Position numbers and translations under genes: made by a program
Notes under the pieces: model-generated
Told to the model about the DNA's origin: nothing
What the model saw: the letters and a program-made list of their open reading frames with translations, nothing else
The model's database searches: none
NCBI GenBank assembly: GCA_963693055.1
Contig: OY843751.1
Coordinates: forward strand, 96,001-160,000
Direction: 5' to 3'
Length of the DNA: 64,000 nucleotides
Origin: a bacterium
GTDB lineage: Bacteria; Zhuqueibacterota; Zhuqueibacteria; Residuimicrobiales; Krinioviventaceae
Shown: in pieces, positions 31,869 through 41,858 of the stretch
Numbering within the stretch: the stretch's first letter is position 1
Layout: the number at the start of each line of letters is the position of its first letter

Positions 31869-31876
31869 ACTAAAAA

Positions 31877-31896
31877 GCCCTGGCAATTGCCAGGGC
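31877..31896. terminator. Hairpin terminator between convergent genes
   Basis: GCCCTGGCAATTGCCAGGGC palindrome with an A5 run on the left (U-tract for the cold-shock gene). Confidence 0.7.
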
Positions 31897-31921
31897 CAAA
31901 TTTTTCGATATCAAATTTTTT

Positions 31922-32125
31922 TTATTGTGCCACCGTTACGTTAGCCGCTTGAGGTCCCTTGTCTGTAGTCTCAATTTCGAATTCTACAGAATCCCCTTCT
32001 TGTAAAGAACGAAAACCATCACCATTAATACCTGAATAGTGAACAAAAATGTCTTCACCAGATTCTTTTGTTATGAATCCGAAACCCTTTGAGGAATTAA
32101 ACCATTTTACCTTACCTCTTTCCAT
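31922..32125 (-). CDS. Cold-shock protein
   Basis: [15 protein letters not shown] and DIFVHYS RNP motifs. Confidence 0.97.
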   Translation of the reverse strand: MERGKVKWFNSSKGFGFITKESGEDIFVHYSGINGDGFRSLQEGDSVEFEIETTDKGPQAANVTVAQ

Positions 32126-32746
32126 GTGGAGATCCTTTCAAAATGTGTACAACGCTCGTACACCCGTTATACCCTGCTAACACATAAATGTTGGTGTACG
32201 TTTTAAAAAATTATGTGCTTTGTGTATTGCTTTGACGGAATACAAGGTGTCCATACAGCAAAACGTAACAAGGAGATTTGGTGCACATTACTAATTCGAT
32301 AAAAATTACATCATTTTTTCAATTTAGTCAAGTATTTTTATTGATTTTAGGTCACTTTTTCCGGGCGCAGATCCATTAAAAATTTTCTTTATTCGTAGAC
32401 CTTGAAAAAGATAGAGTGATTTTAAAATGAGTAATTTTTTTAGTTACTATTAGTTAAAAATAAAAAAATTGACTTTGAGGCTTGGGGAGACTATATTATA
32501 CTGCTCAACAGAAATCTGAAAAAAAGTTTGAAACAAAATCTATTGATAGAAATATAACCTATTGACGAAATGTTGAAAAAAATAGATTGGGTGGAAGTGA
32601 TTAAAAAAACACAATATCATAGATGTTCCAATTTTTTGAAAACAAAGTACTTGAAAATTCAAACAACAGCTACTATATTATTTGACTTGCCACATTTTAA
32701 TAGAATAAATTTTTCAATAATCATATAACATTATCAAGGAGGAAAA

Positions 32747-33931
32747 ATGATAGAGGGTAAAGAAAGCTCAGCCGCTGTCCGTAAGCTTCGTATGGGAATG
32801 GTTGGCGGTGGCCCCGGTGCCTTTATTGGCGAAGTCCATCGTAAAGCTGCACGTATTGACGGCCGCAATGAATTGGTTGCCGGTGCGTTTGATATTGATC
32901 CTGCAAAATCCAAAGAAACTGGTGTTGAGCAGAATATTGATCCTAGTCGTGCTTATGGTAACTATGAAGATATGATCAAAAGCGAGCTGGCATTGCCGGA
33001 AAGTGAACGTATTGATTTTGTATCCGTTACTACTCCTAATAACTGGCATTTTCCCATTGCCAAAGCATTTTTAGAAGCTGGTTTTCATGTGGTTTGTGAA
33101 AAACCCATGACAATGGATGTTGCAGAAGCCAAAGAGTTAAAAGCCGTTGTTGAAAAGACTGGCAAAGTTTTTTCTTTGCAGCACAACTATACCGGCTACC
33201 CCATGGTAAAGCAAGCAAAATATATGGTTGACAGCGGTCAACTGGGCGAAATCCAGAAAATCGTTGTAGAGTATCCGCAAGACTGGCTGCTGACCAAAGT
33301 AGAAGAAGCCGGTTCAAAACAAGCCGAATGGAGAACAGACCCTAAACAGGCTGGTGCCGGTGGTTGTTTGGGTGATATTGCTACACATGCTGAAAATCTG
33401 GCGGCTTATATCTCCGGTCTGAAAATTGAAGAACTCTGCGCGGATCTGACTTCTTTTGTTAAAGGACGTGTTTTGGATGATGATGTTAACATTTTACTGC
33501 GTTATAACAACGGCGCCAAAGGTGTGTTGCACTCTTCACAGATCAGTACAGGTATGGAAAATGATTTAAACATCCGCGTTTTTGGTACCAAAGGCGGCAT
33601 TCGCTGGTACCAGGAAAATCCCAATTATCTGTATTTTTACCAGCAGGGACAACCGGTTCAGATCTTACGTCGTGGTAACGATTATCTCTGCGATGCTGCA
33701 AAACGGGCCAGCAGAATTCCCGCGGGACACCCGGAAGCGTTTATTGAAGCGTTTTCGAATCTCTATCTCAACTGTACCGATACCATGCGAGCACAAATGG
33801 AAGGCCGCAAGCCAACCGCACTGGAACTGGATTTCCCCAATGTTGATGACGGTCTGGAAGGTATGTGTTTTATTGAAACTGTTGTGAACAGCAGCAACAG
33901 TGATCAAAAATGGGTAAAAATGGTTAAATAA
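32747..33931 (+). CDS. Gfo/Idh/MocA oxidoreductase
   Basis: GMVGGG, VCEKP, GDIATH and GHPEAF motifs. Confidence 0.9.
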   Translation: MIEGKESSAAVRKLRMGMVGGGPGAFIGEVHRKAARIDGRNELVAGAFDIDPAKSKETGVEQNIDPSRAYGNYEDMIKSELALPESERIDFVSVTTPNNWHFPIAKAFLEAGFHVVCEKPMTMDVAEAKELKAVVEKTGKVFSLQHNYTGYPMVKQAKYMVDSGQLGEIQKIVVEYPQDWLLTKVEEAGSKQAEWRTDPKQAGAGGCLGDIATHAENLAAYISGLKIEELCADLTSFVKGRVLDDDVNILLRYNNGAKGVLHSSQISTGMENDLNIRVFGTKGGIRWYQENPNYLYFYQQGQPVQILRRGNDYLCDAAKRASRIPAGHPEAFIEAFSNLYLNCTDTMRAQMEGRKPTALELDFPNVDDGLEGMCFIETVVNSSNSDQKWVKMVK

Positions 33932-33960
33932 TTGACAGCAATCTACAAGGGAGTGAAAAT

Positions 33961-34959
33961 ATGAACAATCCTATTACTTTATGTACCGGTCAATGGGCAG
34001 ACTTGCCGTTTGAAACTGTCTGTCAAAAAGCTAAAGAATTTGGTTATGAAGGTTTGGAATTAGCCTGCTGGGGTGACCATTTTGATGTATTCAAAGGTGC
34101 TGAAGATAAAGCCTACTGTGATGAAAAACGCGCGACTTTGAAAAAATATGGACTCAATGTTTGGGCAATCAGTAACCATTTGGCAGGTCAGTTGATTTGT
34201 GATCTCAATAATGACAGCCGTTCAGATGGCTTTGCACCTGCCGATTGCGCGGGCGACGCTGAAAAGAAACGTCAGTTTGGCGTAGATTCTATGAAAGCTG
34301 CTGCCAAGGCTGCAAAGAACCTGGGTGTTGACGTTGTTAACGGTTTTACCGGTTCTTCTATCTGGCATCTGTTGTATTCATTTCCGCCTAACGATTGGGC
34401 AGATGTTGAAAAAGGTTATGAATTTTTTGCAAAAATGTTTAATCCGATTTTGGATGTGTTTGAAGAAAACGGTGTAAATTTTGCTCTTGAAGTACACCCC
34501 ACCGAAATTGCTTATGATATTGTAACCACACATAAAGCGTTGGAAGCGATTAACCATCGTAAATCATTTGGATTCAACTTTGATCCCAGTCATTTGGTAT
34601 GGCAGGGAATTGACCCCGTTGTCTTTTTGGAAGAATTCAAAGACCGCATTTATCACTGCCACATGAAAGACTGTGTTGTAAATCTTGATGGCAGAAATGG
34701 TATTTTGGGCTCTCATTTGAATTTTGGTCAACCCGGACGCGGATGGGAATTTGTTTCTGTAGGTCGCGGCGATGTTGATTTTGAAGCCCTTACCCGCAAG
34801 CTGAACCAGATTGGCTATGCTGGTCCTTATTCTGTTGAATGGGAAGATGCCGGCATGGATCGTGAATTTGGCGCCAAAGATGCCTGCGAATATATGAAAA
34901 ACTTTATATATTCCGTTCCTTCAGGCGTATTTGACGAAGCATTCTCAAGAAAAGACTGA
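33961..34959 (+). CDS. Sugar phosphate isomerase/epimerase (AP endonuclease 2 TIM barrel)
   Basis: TGQWADL, ALEVHP, FDPSH, HMKD and SVEWED motifs. Confidence 0.88.
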   Translation: MNNPITLCTGQWADLPFETVCQKAKEFGYEGLELACWGDHFDVFKGAEDKAYCDEKRATLKKYGLNVWAISNHLAGQLICDLNNDSRSDGFAPADCAGDAEKKRQFGVDSMKAAAKAAKNLGVDVVNGFTGSSIWHLLYSFPPNDWADVEKGYEFFAKMFNPILDVFEENGVNFALEVHPTEIAYDIVTTHKALEAINHRKSFGFNFDPSHLVWQGIDPVVFLEEFKDRIYHCHMKDCVVNLDGRNGILGSHLNFGQPGRGWEFVSVGRGDVDFEALTRKLNQIGYAGPYSVEWEDAGMDREFGAKDACEYMKNFIYSVPSGVFDEAFSRKD

Positions 34960-34979
34960 TAGAATTTAATATTTTTTAC

Positions 34980-35012
34980 AGCCCGTCTGCCGGTTGGTGG
35001 ACGGGCTTTTTT
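34980..35012 (+). terminator. Intrinsic terminator
   Basis: AGCCCGTCTGCC-GGTT-GGTGGACGGGCT followed by a T-run. Confidence 0.8.
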
Positions 35013-35144
35013 TGTTTATAGGTAGTGGTGAGCTTGTACCCGGCACTTGAGGTCGGCTTATTATTAATAACACTGAGGTGCAAAGGATTGTGGAGGGGGG
35101 AGACCTGTTGAATTCCAGGGGAATAATTCATGTTGCAGACAAGA

Positions 35145-35612
35145 TCAATTTTTTTCTATTTGTTCAATCTCTTTGATTGGGAACTTACTCAGTAAATTAT
35201 CTATTTTGTTAATCATGCTTTGAATTTCCGTTTGGTCAAATTCTATTCTAAACTTTAATTCATGTCCGTAACCAGGTTTGTCAACAGCAATACAATCGGC
35301 TGTAAAGTGACCTAATCCATCACCTTTGATTTTTATTTGCAAATATTCCTCAATACAACTAAATTTTGCGGTTCCATCAAGTTGAGTATATAATTTTTCC
35401 AAATCATTTTTAAAATAAAAGAAATCCACATTGCTTAGCAGTGCTTCGTAATCGGCAGTAAAACCACCAACTTTAATCTTGATTCTTGTATTTAACCAGT
35501 TGCCATCTGAAATATCAGTGGAATTGGGATAGGTAAAATTATATACAAGAATCTGCAGATATTCAGATGACTCTTTGCCTAAAATGAATCTTGATTTCTC
35601 AATATCTATCAT
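35145..35612 (-). CDS. WapI-like immunity protein (orphan)
   Basis: DGNWL, LxGTAxFxxIE, DGLGH and FDQTEI pattern; low GC. Confidence 0.65.
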   Translation of the reverse strand: MIDIEKSRFILGKESSEYLQILVYNFTYPNSTDISDGNWLNTRIKIKVGGFTADYEALLSNVDFFYFKNDLEKLYTQLDGTAKFSCIEEYLQIKIKGDGLGHFTADCIAVDKPGYGHELKFRIEFDQTEIQSMINKIDNLLSKFPIKEIEQIEKN

Positions 35613-35653
35613 TATTGCCCCGAGTTTTTGCCGTGATTTGGTATTATTCGTAA

Positions 35654-36046
35654 TTATTGCACAGGCAACCGGCTACAATTTAAATTCGCTATTATTTTTT
35701 CAATTGTTTTTGCAAGCGGTGGAATGTGTTTGTCGCAAACCCAGAAAATTTCTTCTGCATCGATATCAAAGTAATGATGCGATATTATATCTCTCAGCCC
35801 TTTGGCGCTTTTCCAATCAATTTCAGGAAATTGTTTTAATAGCGTTTCGTCTGTTATTTTATCAATGTTTTTTAAACTTTCACCAATCGCTATTAGTAAC
35901 ATGCAAATTGAATCCAGTTTTTCCATACCCATAGAAGAGTCTGTAAAATCAGATACTGTTTTTATTGGCTCGAAACGTTGACTCACTTTTTAAGTAGCAT
36001 CAAATATTTGATTCAGAATATCACAGACTAGCGTTTTATCATACAT
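35654..36046 (-). pseudogene. HepT-like (DUF86/HEPN) RNase toxin with in-frame premature TAA at codon 19
   Basis: ATG at 36046 overlaps the MNT stop; MYDKTLVCDILNQIFDAT*KVSQRF...; IGESLK and RDIISHHY (Rx4H). Confidence 0.8.
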
Positions 36047-36329
36047 ACTGGCCATCTTTATCTATTCTTTTTTTCAAATAGGGATTCATATTTTCTCTGA
36101 TTCGTACAATATCCACAGATTTGTTAAATAATGTTTCCAGTTCTTCTTTGATATGGACCAATTGATACATGTCGGGTTCCCGGGTTTCAATCATTATATC
36201 GATATCACTTTTATTATCTGCTAAATTTCTGGCATAAGAACCAAAAAGCCCTAGATTGTTAATTCCATACTTTTTTGAATTATCTTTTTTATATTTTTTT
36301 AAAATTTTGAGAATTTCAGAGCGGGTCAT
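36039..36329 (-). CDS. MNT minimal nucleotidyltransferase antitoxin (type VII TA)
   Basis: LFGSYAR...SDIDI; 96 aa; upstream of the HEPN gene. Confidence 0.9.
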   Translation of the reverse strand: MTRSEILKILKKYKKDNSKKYGINNLGLFGSYARNLADNKSDIDIMIETREPDMYQLVHIKEELETLFNKSVDIVRIRENMNPYLKKRIDKDGQYV

Positions 36330-36423
36330 ATTTCTATACTCCCATTATATTCAAAATAAATGTATTAAAAAACCTTTTTAAATCAAATATAATTATGTGA
36401 ATTTTTGAATCATTACAACAGAC

Positions 36424-37404
36424 TCACTCCATCGGATACTTTAACCCGATATCATTACGGATGGTATCCATCAGTTCCATGATCTCGAGTGTATCCTTGT
36501 GCGGTACAATTTCGCTTTCGATTTTCCCTTTAAGCAGGCATTGCTGCGCCGCTTCTGCTTCGAACTGATAGCCCTCGCTTTGAAAGGGGAATTCAAATTT
36601 TTCTTCATGCTGCTCGTTCATGCACAGATAAAGTGTATCCGGCTGCCAAAAGGGATCCGGAATACGTATGTACCCCTTGGTACCATTGATGGCCGCGTGG
36701 TTCACCAGGTTGGTGCGAAATGACGATTGCAGCACAGAGGTGCCTCCGTTTTGGTGCTGCAGAATAACGGCCAGATTTTCATCCACACCAGTGCTGCTCA
36801 GGTCAGCCTGTGCCAGAATGCTTTTGACGGAACCCAATACATGTAAAGCCAGTGCAAGGGTGTAAATGCCCACATCCAAAAGCGAGCCGCCGCCCAGCTC
36901 GGGATCATATAACCGGCTATCAGCTTTATAATCCGCGTAAAATCCAAAATTGGCGGACAACATTTCCACATTCCCGATAGTACCGGCTTTTAACCAATCC
37001 TGCATTTGTTTATACGCGGGAAAGAATCGTGACCACAAGGCTTCCATCAAGAAAAGATTCTTGTCCCTTGCAAGTTGTACCAGTTCTTTGGCTTGTTCAA
37101 GATTAATGGTAAAAGGTTTTTCGCACAGTACCGCTTTACCGGCGTTCAAACAGGTTTTGGTATTTTCGTAATGCAGGTTGTTGGGTGTGGATATGTAAAT
37201 GATATCGATTTCCGGATCGTCTATGAGCTGCTGATATGTGGAATAACTCCGGGGAATATCATATTCATTGGCAAAACCATCAGCCGATTGCTGTGACCTG
37301 GAACCTACACCCAGCAAGACTGCACCATTGGCATGTTGTAGTCCTTTAGCAAACTGATGAGCAATATTTCCGGTACCAATGATACCCCAATTTACATTTC
37401 GCAT
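36424..37404 (-). CDS. Gfo/Idh/MocA oxidoreductase, tandem paralogue 1
   Basis: WGIIGTGNIA, LCEKP and GGSLLDVGIY motifs. Confidence 0.9.
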   Translation of the reverse strand: MRNVNWGIIGTGNIAHQFAKGLQHANGAVLLGVGSRSQQSADGFANEYDIPRSYSTYQQLIDDPEIDIIYISTPNNLHYENTKTCLNAGKAVLCEKPFTINLEQAKELVQLARDKNLFLMEALWSRFFPAYKQMQDWLKAGTIGNVEMLSANFGFYADYKADSRLYDPELGGGSLLDVGIYTLALALHVLGSVKSILAQADLSSTGVDENLAVILQHQNGGTSVLQSSFRTNLVNHAAINGTKGYIRIPDPFWQPDTLYLCMNEQHEEKFEFPFQSEGYQFEAEAAQQCLLKGKIESEIVPHKDTLEIMELMDTIRNDIGLKYPME

Positions 37405-37458
37405 AAAACCTCCGGATAAAAGAGTTTTTGATTTTGTAATTGATAAACAGCGCTTATC

Positions 37459-37489
37459 ATCTCCCAGAGGTCCAGGACCTCCGGGAGAT
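37459..37489. repeat. Near-perfect palindrome between the paralogues
   Basis: ATCTCCCAGAGGTCC-A-GGACCTCCGGGAGAT. Confidence 0.7.
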
Positions 37490-37499
37490 TTTTCTGTAC

Positions 37500-38480
37500 C
37501 TATTCCATCGGATATGTCAATCCGATTTTTCCACGTATAGTATCTAACAGTTCCATGAGTGCTAATGTTTCATCGTTGGGCATAATGTCGCTTTCTAATT
37601 TACCCGCAAGCATACAGTCTTGTGCTGCCTGTGCTTCAAACTGGAAGCCATGCGAATCAATCTGCATGTTGAATTCCTGTTCTTCTTCGCTGTTCAGGCA
37701 AAGATAGACTTTTCTGGGGCGCCAGTATGCGGGGGCAATGCGGATGTATCCTTTGGATCCCATAATGATTGCCTGGTTGATCATATTTGTGCGGAATGAC
37801 GATTGCAGAACAGAGATGCCGCCATTCTCGTGGTGAAGAATGGTAGCAAGAAGCTCATCCACACCGGATGGGCCAATGTCTGCTTTGGCCTGAACCGATT
37901 TTACAGGCCCCAATACCATTGACGCAAGCGAGTGGGTATAGATACCCACATCTAATAGGGCGCCGCCGCCATATTCAGGATTAAACAACCGGCTGTTGGG
38001 GTTAAAATCTCCTCTAAATCCGTGCGACACGGTAAGCATTTCTACCTCTCCAATGGTGCCTTTTTGCAGCCATTCACGTACCTGTACATAAACGGGAAAA
38101 TATCTGGACCATAAACCCTGCATCAAAAAGATGTTTTTTGATCTGGCAAGCGCAATCAATTCTTTAGCTTCCCGCGCGTTGATGGTAAAAGGCTTTTCAC
38201 ACAATACGGCTTTACCAGCATTCAGGCAGGCGAGGGTGTTCTCATAGTGCAGGTGGTTAAGTGTAGAAATATAGATGATTTGAACATCCGGATCGTCAAT
38301 CAATGCCTGGTAGCTGGAATACCGTTTGGGTATGTTGAGATCATTCATAAAATTGTCTGCGGATTCCTGGAACCGTGAGCCTACACCCCATAATTCTGCG
38401 TTATCTACATATTTCATGCATTCCGCGAATTTTTTTGCAATATTGCCAGTCCCTAAAATTCCCCATTTCACTTTTTGCAT
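37500..38480 (-). CDS. Gfo/Idh/MocA oxidoreductase, tandem paralogue 2
   Basis: Same length (326 aa) and motifs as 36424-37404. Confidence 0.9.
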   Translation of the reverse strand: MQKVKWGILGTGNIAKKFAECMKYVDNAELWGVGSRFQESADNFMNDLNIPKRYSSYQALIDDPDVQIIYISTLNHLHYENTLACLNAGKAVLCEKPFTINAREAKELIALARSKNIFLMQGLWSRYFPVYVQVREWLQKGTIGEVEMLTVSHGFRGDFNPNSRLFNPEYGGGALLDVGIYTHSLASMVLGPVKSVQAKADIGPSGVDELLATILHHENGGISVLQSSFRTNMINQAIIMGSKGYIRIAPAYWRPRKVYLCLNSEEEQEFNMQIDSHGFQFEAQAAQDCMLAGKLESDIMPNDETLALMELLDTIRGKIGLTYPME

Positions 38481-38601
38481 AATACCTCCCGGAATTGTAT
38501 CTGTTTGAAATGTATGAAAAAATAAAATTCTACTTGCATTTAAGTAAAAAGATACGCAATTTTTTAGTTTATATAAAGAACGTAATTACAAAGGAAAATA
38601 C

Positions 38602-39402
38602 ATGAATACTGCCCCGCAATTTCTTGATGTTCAAAATGGAGAGTACCACACACCCGAGGGGAAAACCGGATGGTTTGCTAAATTGTTTCCCACATTTGTG
38701 TTTTATGTGAAAATTGTAAATGTTGTTTTCAAAGCCAGTTCAATTGCTAAAAAAGGCAAATACACGGTTGAGGAATGGGCAAAATCCAGTTATTCAACAA
38801 TACAAGCATTGGAAAGTGTGGGGTGTAAATTACATATAACGGGGTTGGACCATATTAAAGGCCTGTCTACTCCCTGTGTCTTTACCGCAAATCATATGAG
38901 TGTGTTAGAAACCTTTGCGTTATCATCTATCATTACTCCCTATCGAAACATGAGTTTTGTAATCAAAAAGAGTCTGGCTACTTATCCGGTTTTCAGACAT
39001 GTTATGATGAGTGTGAATCCCGTAGTTGTGGGCAGAGAGAATCCCCGCGAAGATTTGTCAATTGTAATGAATGATGGGCAGGCAAGACTGGATAGTGGAT
39101 CATCTGTATTTATCTTTCCACAGCGTACACGTACCAAATCTTTTGATCCCGAAACCTTTAATACTATTGGTTTAAAGCTTGCCAAACGTGCCGGTGTACC
39201 GGTTATTCCAGTAGCGTTAAAAACAGATGCCTGGGGTCAGGGTAAAAAGTTGAAAGATTTTGGTGGAATTTATCCTGAAAAAGAGATATATATTGAATTC
39301 GGTGAGCCCATGAGCATTGAAGGCAATGGCAAAGAGCAACATGCCAAAACTATCGAGTTTATTGAAAATCGTTTTGAATCCTGGAAAAACGGGGATGCGT
39401 AA
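38602..39402 (+). CDS. 1-acyl-sn-glycerol-3-phosphate acyltransferase (PlsC family)
   Basis: NHMSVLE (HxxxxD/E), IFPQRTR and FGEP motifs. Confidence 0.8.
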   Translation: MNTAPQFLDVQNGEYHTPEGKTGWFAKLFPTFVFYVKIVNVVFKASSIAKKGKYTVEEWAKSSYSTIQALESVGCKLHITGLDHIKGLSTPCVFTANHMSVLETFALSSIITPYRNMSFVIKKSLATYPVFRHVMMSVNPVVVGRENPREDLSIVMNDGQARLDSGSSVFIFPQRTRTKSFDPETFNTIGLKLAKRAGVPVIPVALKTDAWGQGKKLKDFGGIYPEKEIYIEFGEPMSIEGNGKEQHAKTIEFIENRFESWKNGDA

Positions 39403-39881
39403 TGGATATTGTATTGATCATATTGGGTCTATTGATCTCTATCATTGGTTTGGCAGGATGTATTCTGCCAATCGTGCCGGGGCCGCCACTTAGTTACGCG
39501 GCACTATTGTTGATCTCTTTTGTAAATGATTGGCAGATTTACAGTCCCAAATTTTTAATTTTTTGGGCAATTGTCACTGTATTTGTTTCTGTGTTTGACA
39601 ATATAGCCCCGGTTTGGGGAGCAAAAAAATATGGAGCTTCAAAACTGGGTTTGTGGTTATCAATAATCGGTTTGTTGGTGGGACTAATATTTTTCCCACC
39701 CTGGGGTATGATTTTGGGTACCTTTATTGGCGCATTTACCGGCGAATTATTATCCGGAAAAGAGAGCGACCATGCATTAAAAGCGGGTTTTGGTGTTTTT
39801 GTGGGTACCATTCTGGGGATTGGATTGAAAATTGCAGCATCTGGTATGATGTTATATTATTATATAGTTAAAATGTTTTAA
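39402..39881 (+). CDS. DUF456-family membrane protein
   Basis: LPIVPGPPL, GAKKYGASK and GAFTGEL pattern. Confidence 0.8.
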   Translation: MDIVLIILGLLISIIGLAGCILPIVPGPPLSYAALLLISFVNDWQIYSPKFLIFWAIVTVFVSVFDNIAPVWGAKKYGASKLGLWLSIIGLLVGLIFFPPWGMILGTFIGAFTGELLSGKESDHALKAGFGVFVGTILGIGLKIAASGMMLYYYIVKMF

Positions 39882-39966
39882 ACTGATGAAATAAACTACC
39901 CATGTTTTGGTGTTGGAAAAGTTGAAAATAGTAATGATTGCTAATATTGAATAGGAGATTTATTAA

Positions 39967-40293
39967 ATGGGTAAACCAATTGAAGTAACTGATGATTCTT
40001 TTGAACAGGAAGTGATCTCTTCGGATGTTCCTGTATTGGTCGATTTTTGGGCAGTTTGGTGCGGCCCTTGTAAAATGATTGCCCCGGTTGTAGAAGAACT
40101 TGCAGGTGAATATGAAGGACAGTTAAAAGTTGCCAAAATGGATGTGGACACACATAAACAAGTGGCAATGAAATATGGAATCCGTAGTATACCCACTTTG
40201 TTATTGTTCAAAGATGGAGAAGTAGTAGAACAAGTAATTGGTGCTGTAGCTAAAAATCAACTGGTAGATAAAGTGTCTCCGCACCTCGCTTAG
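39967..40293 (+). CDS. trxA: Thioredoxin
   Basis: WCGPC; IRSIPTL. Confidence 0.97.
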   Translation: MGKPIEVTDDSFEQEVISSDVPVLVDFWAVWCGPCKMIAPVVEELAGEYEGQLKVAKMDVDTHKQVAMKYGIRSIPTLLLFKDGEVVEQVIGAVAKNQLVDKVSPHLA

Positions 40294-40336
40294 GCAGTAT
40301 ATATTATCGATTACCGATATCAAATAATCAAGATTG

Positions 40337-40383
40337 AAACGATGTTAAACCTGTTATAAATATGTTTAACATCGTTTTTTTTT
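40337..40383 (+). terminator. Intrinsic terminator after trxA
   Basis: AAACGATGTTAAAC...GTTTAACATCGTTT followed by a T-run. Confidence 0.7.
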
Positions 40384-40488
40384 GATATTTTCTGAAATAT
40401 TATTCAAATATTGGTATGCAGAATATATTATTCTTTTATTTATTATTTTTTCTTTTATATTAATACTTGGAACGTGAAAGAGCGAATT

Positions 40489-41565
40489 ATGGAAGATACT
40501 AAGGTTTTAGTGATGGCCGGCGGTGCCGGCACCCGGTTTTGGCCCAAAAGTAGAAGGTTGTTTCCAAAACAGTTTCTCAGTCTGTTTGGCGACCAGTCAA
40601 TGCTGCAAATGACAGCCAACCGATTTTTAAAATGTGTGGACGCTGATGATGTGATGGTAGTATCTACTGATTTTCAAACTCCTCTCATCCGCGAGCAACT
40701 TCCCTGGATAAATCAGGAAAATTTAATCAGAGAACCGGTTGGTAGAAATACCGCTCCCTGTATTGCCTTGTCTGCGCTGCATATCAGAAAGAAAAATCCG
40801 AACGCCATTATGGTAGTTACTCCCGCAGATCATCTGATAACGGAGACAGATCGTTTTTCAGAGATTATTGCCAAGGGTGTAAAGATTGTTCGTGAAAATC
40901 CTTTGTCTTTGGTTACATTGGGAATTGAGCCCCGGTATCCGGCAACCAGTTACGGGTATATACAAAAGGGTGACACATTCAACAGTACCGGTGGGGCCTA
41001 TCATGTACGCACTTTTGCGGAAAAACCGGACAGAGAGACAGCCGATAAATTCTATGAAACAAAAGAGTTCTTGTGGAACAGTGGTATTTTTATCTGGAAT
41101 GTAAATACCATTCTGGATGCATTTGAAGAATTTATGCCCGATTTATGGCAGGCACTTGAGCGGATCAATGCAAACCTGGGCAATCCACAGGAAGAAAAAG
41201 TTACAAATGAAGAGTACAGCAAGCTGCTGGGGCAATCCATCGATTATGGAGTGCTGGAACATGCCAGCCAGGTGGTTGTTCTGGAAGCTGACTTTGGCTG
41301 GAGCGATGTAGGCAGTTGGGAAGAGGTTTATAATATTTCTGATAAAGATGAGAACGGCAATGTGGTTAAAGGAGAAGCGGTTCTCAAAGATGTGAGTAAT
41401 ACATTAATAGAATCAACAGGCCGTCAGGTGAGTGTTATTGGCGTTAAGGATTTGATTATTGTGGATTCTGATGATGCCTTGTTGATATGTAATAGAGAAC
41501 GATCACAGGATGTCAAATGGGTAACCGAACACTTAAGGCAAAACGGAAGCGAAAAGTATCTGTAA
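40489..41565 (+). CDS. manC: Mannose-1-phosphate guanylyltransferase
   Basis: MAGGAGTRFWPKSR, EPVGRNTAP, FAEKP, WNSGIF and WSDVGSW motifs. Confidence 0.93.
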   Translation: MEDTKVLVMAGGAGTRFWPKSRRLFPKQFLSLFGDQSMLQMTANRFLKCVDADDVMVVSTDFQTPLIREQLPWINQENLIREPVGRNTAPCIALSALHIRKKNPNAIMVVTPADHLITETDRFSEIIAKGVKIVRENPLSLVTLGIEPRYPATSYGYIQKGDTFNSTGGAYHVRTFAEKPDRETADKFYETKEFLWNSGIFIWNVNTILDAFEEFMPDLWQALERINANLGNPQEEKVTNEEYSKLLGQSIDYGVLEHASQVVVLEADFGWSDVGSWEEVYNISDKDENGNVVKGEAVLKDVSNTLIESTGRQVSVIGVKDLIIVDSDDALLICNRERSQDVKWVTEHLRQNGSEKYL

Positions 41566-41573
41566 TAAAGGGC

Positions 41574-41858
41574 ATGTCAAATGAAGATGTGCTGAAAGCT
41601 CTGGAAACGCTTGCCGGAGATTTGGGCATAGAAATTCGAAATGAAAAAGGTGATTTTAAAAGCGGCTCTTGCCTGTTTTATGATCAGAATTTAATTATTT
41701 TGAAAAAAGATGATCAGCCCAACCAAAAAATTGAAATCATTGCAGAAATGCTTTTGCAATTTGACATAAAAGAAGATTCTATAAAACCTGAAATTCTTCA
41801 ATATATTAATCAAATAAAGCAAGACAAAGAGTCTAAAAAAGACTCTGAGGAGGAATAG
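41574..41858 (+). CDS. Hypothetical protein
   Basis: In-operon ORF with IRNEKGDFKSGSC; start uncertain. Confidence 0.6.
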   Translation: MSNEDVLKALETLAGDLGIEIRNEKGDFKSGSCLFYDQNLIILKKDDQPNQKIEIIAEMLLQFDIKEDSIKPEILQYINQIKQDKESKKDSEEE

